Below are positions 9,221 to 18,364 of a DNA stretch of 64,000 nt, piece by piece. The stretch's first letter is position 1, and each line of letters opens with the position of its first letter. Under the pieces are notes generated by a model. That model made no database searches. It was not told where the DNA came from and saw nothing but the letters and a program-made list of their open reading frames with translations. The stretch is from Candidatus Woesearchaeota archaeon (GTDB taxonomy: Archaea; Nanobdellota; Nanobdellia; Pacearchaeales; GW2011-AR1). The stretch is from contig CAYOFN010000001.1 in the NCBI GenBank assembly GCA_964403535.1, positions 2,003 through 66,002 of the forward strand. The letters are read 5' to 3'. A program made the position numbers and the translations under genes.

Positions 9221-9829
9221 ATGTTTATTGTTTTTGAGGGAATTGATGGTTGTGGCAAGAGCACGCAAGTATGGGAACTTTCAAGATATCTGTCCTCTCT
9301 TAATAAATACACCCACTGTCTTGTTACAAGAGAACCTTATAAAGAAAGAGAGATTAGAAAAATCTTGAGACAAGAAGAAAACCCAGAATCGCAAAAAGAA
9401 AAATTAACAGAATTGTTCGTTAAAGACAGGCAAGAACATATTGACGAATTAATCCTTCCTTTTTTGAATAAAGGGATTACAATTATTTCTGATAGATATA
9501 AGTATGCAACAATCGCTTACCAGGGGGCACAGGGACAGGACATTCAGGGACTAATCAATCTTCATGAATCTATGCCTATCCCGGATTTTATTTTTATTAT
9601 AGACACTCCTACAGAAACAGCAGTTGAAAGAATGAAAAAAGATTCTATTAGAGAAACAGAACATAAATTTGAAAAAGATAAATCTTTTCTAGAAAAAGTA
9701 AGAAACAATTATCATAAACTTAAGGAGTTGCTTCCTAAAGAAAATATAATTATGATAGACGGAACTAAAAGCATTGAAGAAATCTCTGAAAAAATAAAAA
9801 CTCATTTTATAGACTTCAAAAACATTTAA
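9221..9829 (+). CDS. tmk: thymidylate kinase
   Basis: P-loop MFIVFEGIDGCGKSTQ and a DRY-like motif (ISDRY), 202 aa. Confidence 0.85.
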   Translation: MFIVFEGIDGCGKSTQVWELSRYLSSLNKYTHCLVTREPYKEREIRKILRQEENPESQKEKLTELFVKDRQEHIDELILPFLNKGITIISDRYKYATIAYQGAQGQDIQGLINLHESMPIPDFIFIIDTPTETAVERMKKDSIRETEHKFEKDKSFLEKVRNNYHKLKELLPKENIIMIDGTKSIEEISEKIKTHFIDFKNI

Positions 9830-9870
9830 AAACTTACTCTTTCTATACTAATTAAATAAAAGGAGGTAAA

Positions 9871-10164
9871 ATGGCGTTACTTAGTTTAGGAAATCTTTTT
9901 GGATACGGTGCTAGCGGTCTTGGCGGAGCAGCTTTCGGAGCATTGAGCACAGGAGTTTTAACTCTAATTGTTCTTGCACTAGTGTGGAAGTTAATCTGGT
10001 ACGGGATGGCTTTATACCGCGCTGTTGAAAGAAAACAGTTCAATTGGTTCGTAGTATTATTTGTAGCAACATTTATACTTGGAGATTTAGGTATACTTGC
10101 TATAATTTACCTGTTGATATACCGAGACAAAAAGACATCTCCAAAAGCAAAAAAGAGGAGATAA
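9871..10164 (+). CDS. small membrane protein (2 TM), Gly-rich N-terminus
   Basis: Preceded by a strong SD (AAAGGAGGTAAAATG); hydrophobic. Confidence 0.4.
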   Translation: MALLSLGNLFGYGASGLGGAAFGALSTGVLTLIVLALVWKLIWYGMALYRAVERKQFNWFVVLFVATFILGDLGILAIIYLLIYRDKKTSPKAKKRR

Positions 10165-10194
10165 TCTTTTTTAAAAGATAAAAGGAGGTGTAAA

Positions 10195-10398
10195 ATGGCT
10201 AAAAAAGAAGGTGGTTTGCTAGGTATCTTGATGTGGGTAGTTGGTGTTCTAGTAAGCTTATCAGTTGGATTTGGAATGATTGACCAAACTCTATCTGTAC
10301 CTTATATACCTGTAATCATAACTGTAGTTGCTGGATGGATTGTTGTTATTGGATCATTAATCGGAGTGGTTATGGCAATTATAAGGGCTGCAAAATAA
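10195..10398 (+). CDS. small membrane protein (2 TM)
   Basis: Strong SD (AAAGGAGGTGTAAAATG), hydrophobic 67 aa, followed by a T-tract terminator. Confidence 0.4.
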   Translation: MAKKEGGLLGILMWVVGVLVSLSVGFGMIDQTLSVPYIPVIITVVAGWIVVIGSLIGVVMAIIRAAK

Positions 10399-10437
10399 AT
10401 CTTTATTTTTTTTATTTTTTTTATTTTTTTCCTATTT
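10399..10437 (+). terminator. oligo-T tract (archaeal-type terminator) downstream of the small membrane protein gene
   Basis: tctttattttttttattttttttatttttttcc: consecutive T7-T8 runs. Confidence 0.4.
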
Positions 10438-10446
10438 CTAAAGAAC

Positions 10447-10959
10447 TTATCTTCTCGGGATAAACATTCCACTCTCTCTTTTATACTTCAAATATTTTTC
10501 TCCAAATCTTTTAATCATATACCTCTCCTCTACACTTGCCTGCCAGACTATCATAGAACTTGCAATCAGACAGTAAATAAACACAAAAAGAGTTGGCACA
10601 ATCAAAATAACTCCAATTAAACTCAAAATTATTCCTGCATACATTGGGTGCCTCACTCTTTTGTAGATTCCCAATCTTCTCACCCCTTTTGCTCTAAGAA
10701 AATTATTTTTTATTTCATCAAAACTAAGCTTGATGATGAGTAATCCAGCTAAAAAGACGATAGTTCCAGGAAGTACTAAAAAACTAAAAACAAATTCTCT
10801 AACAATAAGAATTCCAGAAAGAATTAACACATCTCCAATCCCAATACCATTAAACAGAACATTTATTTTTTTATTAAATCTCTGATGAGATATACCATCT
10901 ACTAAAAAGAATATAATCATTATCACACTTGCAATTATAAAATATATTAAATTTTCCAT
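10447..10959 (-). CDS. isoprenylcysteine carboxyl methyltransferase (ICMT)-family membrane methyltransferase
   Basis: 170 aa multi-TM protein with an ICMT/PEMT-like C-terminal motif (GVRRLGIYKRVRHPMYAGIIL). Confidence 0.5.
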   Translation of the reverse strand: MENLIYFIIASVIMIIFFLVDGISHQRFNKKINVLFNGIGIGDVLILSGILIVREFVFSFLVLPGTIVFLAGLLIIKLSFDEIKNNFLRAKGVRRLGIYKRVRHPMYAGIILSLIGVILIVPTLFVFIYCLIASSMIVWQASVEERYMIKRFGEKYLKYKRESGMFIPRR

Positions 10960-10981
10960 TAGAGTATATTAATAAACTGCT

Positions 10982-12097
10982 TTATTTTAATCTTTCCTTT
11001 GCAATTCTCATTGCAGCTTCTCTTGGAATAACCCCCTCCTGCTCAGATTTTTCCAAGACTAACTTTGTATTTTTAGTTATTTTCTCACTTATCATCTGAA
11101 ACATTTGTTCTTCTGTTCCCCCAATATGCTCAATATAAGAGCTAATTACTCCTCCGGCATTGCACAAAAAATCAGGTATTACTAAAATTCCTTTATCATG
11201 TAAAACCTTTTCTAATTCAGGAATCATTGGGATATTTGCTGCTTCAGCTACAATTCTTGCTTTAATATGTTCTACATTCTCTTTTGTAATCACATTAGGC
11301 CTTGCTCCAGGTATCAAAATATCCACTTTTAGTTCAAATAATCTCTTGTTTTCAAGCACATCTCCAGGAAGATAATTAACAACACTTCCGCTCTTTTTTT
11401 TAACTTCAATCAATTTTTCAATATCAATCCCCCCCTCATTAAAAATTACTCCCTTTGAATCAGATACTGCAATAATCTTAGCACCTAATTTAGACAAGAA
11501 TTTTGCTGTAGCAACTCCAACCTCTCCAAATCCTTCTAAAGCCACACAAGCATATTTTAAATCTAGTTTAATATGCTCAGCAGCAATTTTTATACTCTCA
11601 ACAACTCCAAAACCTGTGCTTCCAAGTTCATGAGGAATTCCTCCAGCTTCTTTTGATTTTCCAGTGCACGCTTTTTTATTTTTTAATTCATCTGCAAAAA
11701 TATCCATATCATGGCTTTCAGTGTACATATCTGGAGCAGAAATATAACTTTCAGGAATAAATTGTTTCAAAGATTTTGCAAAAGCTCTTATTAATTTTTC
11801 CTTACTTTCAGAACTTAGTTTTTTAGTATCTGCAAGTAACCCTCCTTTTGCACCACCAAAAGGCAAGTCAGCCAGAGCTGTTTTATAGGTCATTGCTCTT
11901 GCAAGCCCTGCAACCTCCTCAACAGAAACATCTGGAACCATTCTAAACCCTCCTTTTCCAGGTCCTCTTTTAGTATTATCAATTACAAGAATTCCTCTCA
12001 TCCCTGTCTCTCTATCATAAACCTCTATTATCTTCTCAGGCCCAATAGCATCATATTTTATCATTTTATTTTTATTTCTCTCAGTATTTACTTCCAA
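10982..12097 (-). CDS. Glu/Leu/Phe/Val dehydrogenase family protein (short, 371 aa; glutamate dehydrogenase-like)
   Basis: Contains the Glu/Leu/Phe/Val dehydrogenase motif (LPFGGAKGG) and a GxGxxG Rossmann motif (GFGEVG). Confidence 0.75.
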   Translation of the reverse strand: MEVNTERNKNKMIKYDAIGPEKIIEVYDRETGMRGILVIDNTKRGPGKGGFRMVPDVSVEEVAGLARAMTYKTALADLPFGGAKGGLLADTKKLSSESKEKLIRAFAKSLKQFIPESYISAPDMYTESHDMDIFADELKNKKACTGKSKEAGGIPHELGSTGFGVVESIKIAAEHIKLDLKYACVALEGFGEVGVATAKFLSKLGAKIIAVSDSKGVIFNEGGIDIEKLIEVKKKSGSVVNYLPGDVLENKRLFELKVDILIPGARPNVITKENVEHIKARIVAEAANIPMIPELEKVLHDKGILVIPDFLCNAGGVISSYIEHIGGTEEQMFQMISEKITKNTKLVLEKSEQEGVIPREAAMRIAKERLK

Positions 12098-12102
12098 AAT
12101 CT

Positions 12103-12363
12103 CTATTTTCTAGTTCTATTTAAATCCTTATAAATCTCATCAAATCTCCCAGCAACCTCAAAATCTCTTGCACTAAGAGCACTTATTTTATCAGTCCACA
12201 TTTTAACCTCAACTTCTCCATATGAAATAAACAATTCCGGATGGTGTTCCTTTAATTCAATAACTCTTGCAATCTCATTAACAAATTTCAGTGCAAGCTT
12301 AAAATCAGGAAATTCATATCTTTTATTTAAATACTTTCCATCAATTAATATCCACCCCTCCAT
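12103..12363 (-). CDS. pterin-4a-carbinolamine dehydratase (PCD/DCoH)
   Basis: 86 aa with the KEHHPEL...W catalytic His motif typical of PCD. Confidence 0.65.
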   Translation of the reverse strand: MEGWILIDGKYLNKRYEFPDFKLALKFVNEIARVIELKEHHPELFISYGEVEVKMWTDKISALSARDFEVAGRFDEIYKDLNRTRK

Positions 12364-12371
12364 TTTCCCTC

Positions 12372-12764
12372 TTAAATCTTTTTCTTTTCAAAATCTTCAA
12401 TTGCCTTATGGAGAGCATCAGCAGCAAGATTTGAACAGTGCATTTTTATAGGAGGCAAGTTTCCAAGTGATTTTGCAACATCTTTATTTGTAATTTTTTT
12501 TGCTTCATCCAAAGTTTTTCCTTTAGCCAGTTGAGTAGTCATGCTTGAAGTAGCAATAGCAGCAATACACCCCATTGTCTGAAACTTTATGTCTTTGATA
12601 TACTCTATCTCTCTACCCTTAATTCCTTTCTTCTTGACTTTAATGTACACGTACATTACGTCCCCACATACAGGATTTCCAACTTTTCCAACTCCATCTG
12701 CATCCTCTATTTTCCCCATATTTTTGGGTTTTTTGAAATGTTGCATTACTTCTTTACTATACAT
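12372..12764 (-). CDS. iscU: Fe-S cluster assembly scaffold IscU/NifU-like
   Basis: 130 aa with conserved scaffold cysteines (GNPVCGDVMYV..., QTMGCIAA, HCSNLA). Confidence 0.8.
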   Translation of the reverse strand: MYSKEVMQHFKKPKNMGKIEDADGVGKVGNPVCGDVMYVYIKVKKKGIKGREIEYIKDIKFQTMGCIAAIATSSMTTQLAKGKTLDEAKKITNKDVAKSLGNLPPIKMHCSNLAADALHKAIEDFEKKKI

Positions 12765-12788
12765 TTTTTCTGCACTCCTTATATTCCC

Positions 12789-13376
12789 TCATTCTTTTTT
12801 GAAATGTTCAATAATTTTTTTGATTGCAAAATAACTTCCCCCAAAAATCAAAACTCCTGGAAGGAGTGTTATTCCTAGTACTGGGGCGAGGGTTACAACA
12901 CCAATACCCCCAAGAAATCCAACCCCTAAGCTTTCAAGTAAGCTAGAGATTTGTGAAACTTGATTTTCAACATTTTTTTGTAGAGCATCGATTTGCATAA
13001 CATACTTTCCATCCTTAAAAACTTTGATTTTTCTTTCTTCCTCTGAACATAAAATAGAGAGATTATGATTTTTTGAAGCAGACAAACCTGCTGCATGCCT
13101 TGTTCCAAATCCAACAAACGCTTTAACATCTTTTATCATCACCCCATACTCTTTTATTCTTCCATCTCTATCAATTATCACTGCTCCATCAATCACTGCG
13201 AGTCCCTTCAAAACCTTTTCTGCACCATTTTCAAATATGCTAAAATTGGAAAATTTTTGTTCAAATAATTTTTCATATGAAACATTTTCCCCAATAACAA
13301 ATAATGCTCCGTTACCTTCTTTAACAATTTCTATAGCTACTTTTAATACTTTTTCTTCTATTTCCTTTATTTTCAT
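12789..13376 (-). CDS. diadenylate cyclase (DAC/DisA_N) domain protein with C-terminal TM anchor
   Basis: GALFVIG, DGAVIIDRDGRI and GTRHAAGLSAS motifs match the CdaA/DisA DAC domain. The C-terminal ~40 aa are hydrophobic. Confidence 0.6.
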   Translation of the reverse strand: MKIKEIEEKVLKVAIEIVKEGNGALFVIGENVSYEKLFEQKFSNFSIFENGAEKVLKGLAVIDGAVIIDRDGRIKEYGVMIKDVKAFVGFGTRHAAGLSASKNHNLSILCSEEERKIKVFKDGKYVMQIDALQKNVENQVSQISSLLESLGVGFLGGIGVVTLAPVLGITLLPGVLIFGGSYFAIKKIIEHFKKE

Positions 13377-13588
13377 CTTTTCTTTCCCTCTATAACCTTA
13401 TTTAATTTTTTCACAAGTTTTTCAACTTCAATTCCATGAGCTAGGGCTCCTTGTTCAATTGTTTCCTGTTGTGACATCGGACAACCAATGCAATGCATTC
13501 CACTTTCTAACAAAACCTCAATAGTATCTGGACACATTCTTATCAACTCTGAAAACTTCGTGTTTTTGCTTATTTTTCTGTTTTTCAT
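13373..13588 (-). CDS. DUF1858-like redox-disulfide domain protein (hybrid-cluster-protein-associated type)
   Basis: 71 aa with the CIGCPMSQQETIEQGALAHG pattern. Confidence 0.4.
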   Translation of the reverse strand: MKNRKISKNTKFSELIRMCPDTIEVLLESGMHCIGCPMSQQETIEQGALAHGIEVEKLVKKLNKVIEGKKR

Positions 13589-13605
13589 TTTTTCAAGATA
13601 ATTCT

Positions 13606-13698
13606 TTACTTAGAACATTCACAGCATGTACACTTAGGCACACACTTACACGGACTACATCCACAGCAAGGACATTTTTTCTGTTTTTTATTTTTCAT
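13606..13698 (-). CDS. 30-aa cysteine-rich micro-protein (MKNKKQKKCPCCGCSPCKCVPKCTCCECSK)
   Basis: Found by manual translation; it is below the ORF-track size cutoff. An SD (GGAGGG) lies 5 nt upstream of the ATG. It has 12 Cys in 30 aa and sits between iscS and the DUF1858 gene on the same strand. Confidence 0.4.
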   Translation of the reverse strand: MKNKKQKKCPCCGCSPCKCVPKCTCCECSK

Positions 13699-13727
13699 TT
13701 TTCCCTCCAAAGTTTATTTAAATTAAT

Positions 13728-14870
13728 TTATATTGAAATAGGGCTTATTCTCCTTAATTTATCAATGATTTTAGGCAAAACCTTCAACACTTTTTCTATT
13801 TCTTCTGAAGAAGTATCCCTACTTAAACTTAATCTTATTGAACTATTTGCTTCAAGAGGAGTAAGCCCAATTGCCTTTAAAACATGACTTGGTTCTAGAC
13901 TTTGGCTGGAACAAGCAGAGCCAGTAGATATACAAATGCCATATGCATCTAAATACCCTCCGATAGACTCTCCCTCAATATTATTAAAGCAAATATTAAC
14001 ATTATTGCACAAACGGTTTATTCTCGAACCATTTAGTTTTGTATTCTCAATCTTTAAAATACCTTCAATAAGCTTATCTCTTAATTCTTTTATTTTTCTA
14101 ACATCTTTGTCTCTTGTTAGTCTAACTGCAGCAGCAAACCCAACAATTCCAGCAATATTCTCTGTTCCACTTCTTAGTTTTTTTTCCTGTCCCCCTCCAT
14201 GCACTAAGGGGGTTATATCAATTCCCTCTCTGATGTATAATGCACCAACTCCCTTTGGACCATGAATCTTATGAGCATTTAAAGTAACTAAATCAAGATT
14301 TTGTTTTTTTACATTTATAGGAACTTTAGTGTAAGACTGACATGCATCAGTATGAAACAAAACTCCCCTTTCTTTGCAAATCTTTCCTATTTCCTCAAGA
14401 TTTTGTATTGTTCCAATCTCATTATTCCCATGGATCACAGAGACAATTGCAGTATCCTTAGTTATTGCTTTCTCAATCTCTTTTGGATTTACAAATCCCT
14501 CATAGTTTACATCAAGATAAGTTACTTTTACCCCTTGTTTTTCAAGCCACTTGCATGAATTTAAAATACAGTCATGTTCAATCCTTGTAGTAATAATATG
14601 ATTCTTTCCACTACTCCAGATAATCCCCTTCAAAGCAAAGTTATTTGCTTCTGTTCCTCCTGATGTAAAAACAATCTCCTCTGATTTTGCTCCAATGCTT
14701 TTTGCAATCACATCTCTACTCTGTTCAAGTGCTCTTTTTGCCTCTAAACCAAGAATATGCTGTGAACTAGCATTCCCATACTTTTCAGAAAAATAAGGGA
14801 GCATTGCATCTATAACTCTCTTATCAACAAGAGTAGTTGCAGCATTATCAAGGTAAATTGTTTTAACCAT
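13728..14870 (-). CDS. iscS: cysteine desulfurase (IscS/NifS family, PLP-dependent)
   Basis: 380 aa starting MVKTIYLDNAATT, with the SGGTEANN PLP-lysine region (HKIHGPKG). Confidence 0.9.
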   Translation of the reverse strand: MVKTIYLDNAATTLVDKRVIDAMLPYFSEKYGNASSQHILGLEAKRALEQSRDVIAKSIGAKSEEIVFTSGGTEANNFALKGIIWSSGKNHIITTRIEHDCILNSCKWLEKQGVKVTYLDVNYEGFVNPKEIEKAITKDTAIVSVIHGNNEIGTIQNLEEIGKICKERGVLFHTDACQSYTKVPINVKKQNLDLVTLNAHKIHGPKGVGALYIREGIDITPLVHGGGQEKKLRSGTENIAGIVGFAAAVRLTRDKDVRKIKELRDKLIEGILKIENTKLNGSRINRLCNNVNICFNNIEGESIGGYLDAYGICISTGSACSSQSLEPSHVLKAIGLTPLEANSSIRLSLSRDTSSEEIEKVLKVLPKIIDKLRRISPISI

Positions 14871-14872
14871 TT

Positions 14873-15172
14873 TTATTTTTTATTAGCAAAACAGCATCTT
14901 TTACAAAATTTCTTTTCATGTTTGTCAATAATCTTTAATATTGGAAGAATTGTTTGTTTGTTTAAGCTGTAAATCCTTTTCTTGCCCCCTTGTCTAACCT
15001 GAACAATGCTACAGCATCTTAAAGAAGCAAGTGCGTGGCTTAGTTTAGACTGCTCTATTTTAAGTTCTTTAGCAATTTCTGAGACAGACATCTCCCTCTC
15101 CTTTAACAGAGAGATTATATCAATTTTTAAAGGATTAGCCAAATTTGTAAAGAATAGGTGATAAGTGTTCAT
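14873..15172 (-). CDS. ArsR/SmtB-family HTH transcriptional regulator
   Basis: 99 aa with a winged HTH (ISLLKEREMSVSEIAKELKIEQSKLSHAL). It is the first gene of the arsR-iscS cluster; its stop overlaps the iscS start. Confidence 0.7.
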   Translation of the reverse strand: MNTYHLFFTNLANPLKIDIISLLKEREMSVSEIAKELKIEQSKLSHALASLRCCSIVQVRQGGKKRIYSLNKQTILPILKIIDKHEKKFCKRCCFANKK

Positions 15173-15188
15173 ATGAATTTTAATTCAT
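15173..15188. promoter_or_regulatory. 16-bp palindrome ATGAATTTTAATTCAT abutting the arsR start codon (candidate operator), with TATA-like TATATAAA ~20 bp upstream
   Basis: 7-bp inverted arms with a 2-bp spacer, read directly from the sequence. Confidence 0.35.
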
Positions 15189-15232
15189 ATTACTATATAA
15201 ATGTTTGCATTAAACTTCCTTAACTTAGAGTA

Positions 15233-15883
15233 GTGAAGATTAGCAAGATTTTTATATACTCCCTCCATAATCCTACAATGCTTTATAAAACAAAAAGGAG
15301 GTTGATAATTGGGATTTCTTTAGTCCTCTTAATAATCCTTTACATTTTTAAAAATACCTCAGTTTTAATCAGAGTGCTATCAGTTATTTTTGGATTATGG
15401 ATTTTTTATTTCTTAGACCATGCATTTAATATCAACTTTCTTCCCAGACACTATATTTACATCACAGCAGTATTAGTTTTTGGAATTCTACTCTCACCTT
15501 TTTATTGGGTTTCTGAATCCTATGATAAAATCCTGCACTTTGCAATGCCAATTCTTGGGAGCATAATGGTTTTTTACATGATTAATAAGTTAAAGATAGA
15601 ACTTAAATGGAAGATTTTGCTTACTCTTACAACTATTCTATCACTTCTTGTCATACTTGAAATTGGAGAGTATCTCTTTGATGTATTTTTTGATTTAAAA
15701 CTTCAGGGGGTTTACCTTAGAGACATATCAGGATTTGAAAAACTAAATTTAGTAATGGATAAGAATGATGATACCATGATGGATCTTATCTTAGGATTAA
15801 TCGGAAGCACCCTCTTTTCATTTTCAAAATACATTATTCATACTATCCAAAAAAGAAAACTTACAGTCCTCAGGAGATTTTAA
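15233..15883 (+). CDS. polytopic membrane protein, unknown function
   Basis: 216 aa with multiple hydrophobic helices. Confidence 0.35.
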   Translation: MKISKIFIYSLHNPTMLYKTKRRLIIGISLVLLIILYIFKNTSVLIRVLSVIFGLWIFYFLDHAFNINFLPRHYIYITAVLVFGILLSPFYWVSESYDKILHFAMPILGSIMVFYMINKLKIELKWKILLTLTTILSLLVILEIGEYLFDVFFDLKLQGVYLRDISGFEKLNLVMDKNDDTMMDLILGLIGSTLFSFSKYIIHTIQKRKLTVLRRF

Positions 15884-16046
15884 TAGCTTGGACAGGACAA
15901 CTCTCTTCAGCTTCTTTTTCACAACTGATTTTATCTGGTTGTTTCTTAACTTTTGCTTTACTGCCCTTTAATTCAAAAGTCGATGGGCAAATAGAAACAC
16001 AAGAACCACAACCAATACACTCTTCAGATATTGTAACTTTTACCAT
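15870..16046 (-). CDS. small 4Fe-4S ferredoxin (58 aa)
   Basis: Manual translation gives MVKVTISEECIGCGSCVSICPSTFELKG...SCPVQAIKIS. This is a CxxCxxC...CP ferredoxin motif. Confidence 0.55.
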   Translation of the reverse strand: MVKVTISEECIGCGSCVSICPSTFELKGSKAKVKKQPDKISCEKEAEESCPVQAIKIS

Positions 16047-16057
16047 TTTTCCCTCCT

Positions 16058-16450
16058 TTATATTTTACACCCACTCATCTTCGATAGTTTACTTAAGTCA
16101 AATGGACCATAATAAATCACTCCTCTTATCTCCCAGGCTGGACGATCTACAAATTTCAAATCCTTTTCTGCGCAGATATCTAGATTTACAAGGCAATTGA
16201 TTACATTTAGCTTGCCGATAAATTCTCCGAACATTTCTTTTTGCCTCTCACAAAGCCCAGAATTACCATACACATACAGTTTCACTCCTTTTTCAGTTAA
16301 GCAAGTAGCAAACTTTTCAATATCCTCTTTTTGATACTCTCCTACAGAATATCCTGTAAGATTAGTTATTTTGCTAGTAATAAGATAAAACCCCCCAACA
16401 ACTCCGACAAGTACTGCAAAAGTAATCAAAACTCTTAATCCTGCTTTCAT
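16058..16450 (-). CDS. membrane-anchored hypothetical protein (possible thioredoxin-like fold)
   Basis: N-terminal TM anchor; no clear catalytic motif. Confidence 0.3.
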   Translation of the reverse strand: MKAGLRVLITFAVLVGVVGGFYLITSKITNLTGYSVGEYQKEDIEKFATCLTEKGVKLYVYGNSGLCERQKEMFGEFIGKLNVINCLVNLDICAEKDLKFVDRPAWEIRGVIYYGPFDLSKLSKMSGCKI

Positions 16451-16481
16451 ATATAAAATAATTTTCAGAAGTATAAAAACT

Positions 16482-16859
16482 TTATGTTTTTTTTCTCAAC
16501 CACATACTCTCCCAAATGATAATCACAATCTCAAGAGTGACGATAAACCCCACCCCGAATAATACTGCCAGGATAAACATAATGTTCCACTGAAGGGGGT
16601 GATAACCCAATCCTCCCATTAATACAATTACAACAGCCAAAATTCCTCCTATAAATGTTAATACTCCTGCCAAAATTTGAAAAATCAGAGAAATCTTTCT
16701 CAATTCTTTAGATTTTGTTTTTCCTCTGACTACACTAAAAACAGCGAATCCTATTCCAAATGGAGAAAAAATACAAAGAAAACTGCTTATTATCATAACT
16801 ACAATCGCTTGAAGAATAAGTTCAATTAAACTTCCGCCATAATAAGGTAGTATACTCAT
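16482..16859 (-). CDS. polytopic membrane protein
   Basis: 125 aa, 4 predicted TM helices. Confidence 0.35.
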   Translation of the reverse strand: MSILPYYGGSLIELILQAIVVMIISSFLCIFSPFGIGFAVFSVVRGKTKSKELRKISLIFQILAGVLTFIGGILAVVIVLMGGLGYHPLQWNIMFILAVLFGVGFIVTLEIVIIIWESMWLRKKT

Positions 16860-16863
16860 TTTA

Positions 16864-18363
16864 TTATTTCCTGTATTTTCTTTCCAATACCATAAACAAA
16901 ACCATAATCAATACAATAACTAAATCAGTAATAAGTGTACTCAACACAATTACCTCTCCTAATCCTCCTCCAAAAAGTCCCAAACTTAAGATACCTAATC
17001 CAATTAAAAGAGTAATTGCAAGTGAGATTCCTTCTAAAACCCAGGCAATTCCCCTGGCTGTCCTATTAGAGCTTAAAAATAAAAGCAATATTCCGATAAT
17101 AAACATTATTCCGAGTGGAGTAAAAACCCAGACTAAAAAAATAACAAAACCAATTACTACTCCTTTCAGCACACTCTCCCAAGCTTCTGGCCCAGCATTT
17201 ACTTTTTTATTATCCTCTGCAGCTCTAAAGAAAACATCATCATCCATCTGACTTTTCTGAAGATTAGCATAAAGAGAAGTTATAAAGTACTTGTTTTGTG
17301 ATGGCTGAATTAAACTTTCTCCATTTTCATCATCACCTAACTTTTCTATCTGATTTTTCTCAAACCAATTTCCATACTGAATATTAAAGTTAGCATTATT
17401 TGCTTCATACTTCCCCTCTGCAATAATGTACAATTGTATTGGAGTATACTCATTCCAGTAAGGTGCCACATAATTAATTCCTCCTATCTGCATGTCCATA
17501 ATCTCATCATTTATACAACGCTCTCCACCTCCAGAATATTCTATGCACCAATTTGCCTCTGTTGGATTACTCGTTTTTTTAGTGAGTACTTCACTGTTTT
17601 CAACTTTTCTTGTAGCTCCAATTGGCTCATCTTTAGCTGCAATATACTTTACTTCTGGTTTAAAATCTATAGAAGATATTTTTAGAGGAAAGACAATCTT
17701 ATCACTTAAAAATTCAAACTTAATTGGAGTAGGATGCCCCTCTCTCAAGTCACTCTCAACTTCTTTAGAATCAATAGAAGAAGACGAAACTTTTATTGCA
17801 TTAAAAAACCATCCCTTATTAATATAATAATTTAAGACATAAGCATACTCTTTAGGATACACATACCCATTCTCATTAAACCATCTGACAAGTTCTTCTG
17901 AATTTGTTGCTGCAATAACACTTACATTATAGTAATCAACTTCTTGAGACTCAATAATCGCAACTCCATCATATCCCCCTGCTTTCATTGCACCTGCAGC
18001 TGCTTCTAAAACATTCCAACTTCCCCGGTCATATTGAGGAGCAGTTAATCTCTGAATATTAATAAAAATTTCTTCATTTGCTTTTGAGAGTTTTGGAATA
18101 GTTGGAGTTGGAACAATCCACACCAACTCTTTTGCATTTCCTTTAAAGTCAGACGTGAGAATCATTGTCTCTTTATTCTCTTCATGAAAAATTATTGCTT
18201 TCTGCTGTCCAGGTCTAACCCAATAATCTGGATAAGGAATATATGCTCCATCAGCTAATACTCCAGACACCTGTAATAAAACAACAAGTATAGCCAAAAC
18301 CAATATCACCGTCTTTTTCATATTTTCTCTTACTCTTTTATCTTTATAAATTTTACTTCTCAT
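16864..18363 (-). CDS. secreted/surface protein with N-terminal signal peptide and C-terminal TM helices
   Basis: 499 aa with a signal peptide, a large extracellular domain and a hydrophobic C-terminus. Confidence 0.4.
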   Translation of the reverse strand: MRSKIYKDKRVRENMKKTVILVLAILVVLLQVSGVLADGAYIPYPDYWVRPGQQKAIIFHEENKETMILTSDFKGNAKELVWIVPTPTIPKLSKANEEIFINIQRLTAPQYDRGSWNVLEAAAGAMKAGGYDGVAIIESQEVDYYNVSVIAATNSEELVRWFNENGYVYPKEYAYVLNYYINKGWFFNAIKVSSSSIDSKEVESDLREGHPTPIKFEFLSDKIVFPLKISSIDFKPEVKYIAAKDEPIGATRKVENSEVLTKKTSNPTEANWCIEYSGGGERCINDEIMDMQIGGINYVAPYWNEYTPIQLYIIAEGKYEANNANFNIQYGNWFEKNQIEKLGDDENGESLIQPSQNKYFITSLYANLQKSQMDDDVFFRAAEDNKKVNAGPEAWESVLKGVVIGFVIFLVWVFTPLGIMFIIGILLLFLSSNRTARGIAWVLEGISLAITLLIGLGILSLGLFGGGLGEVIVLSTLITDLVIVLIMVLFMVLERKYRK

Positions 18364-18364
18364 T

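Noticed and set aside
9852-10043. 63-aa minus-strand ORF overlapping the 97-aa membrane protein
   Set aside because: The plus-strand ORF has a perfect SD and hydrophobic periodicity. The minus ORF is Pro/Ala-rich with no start context.
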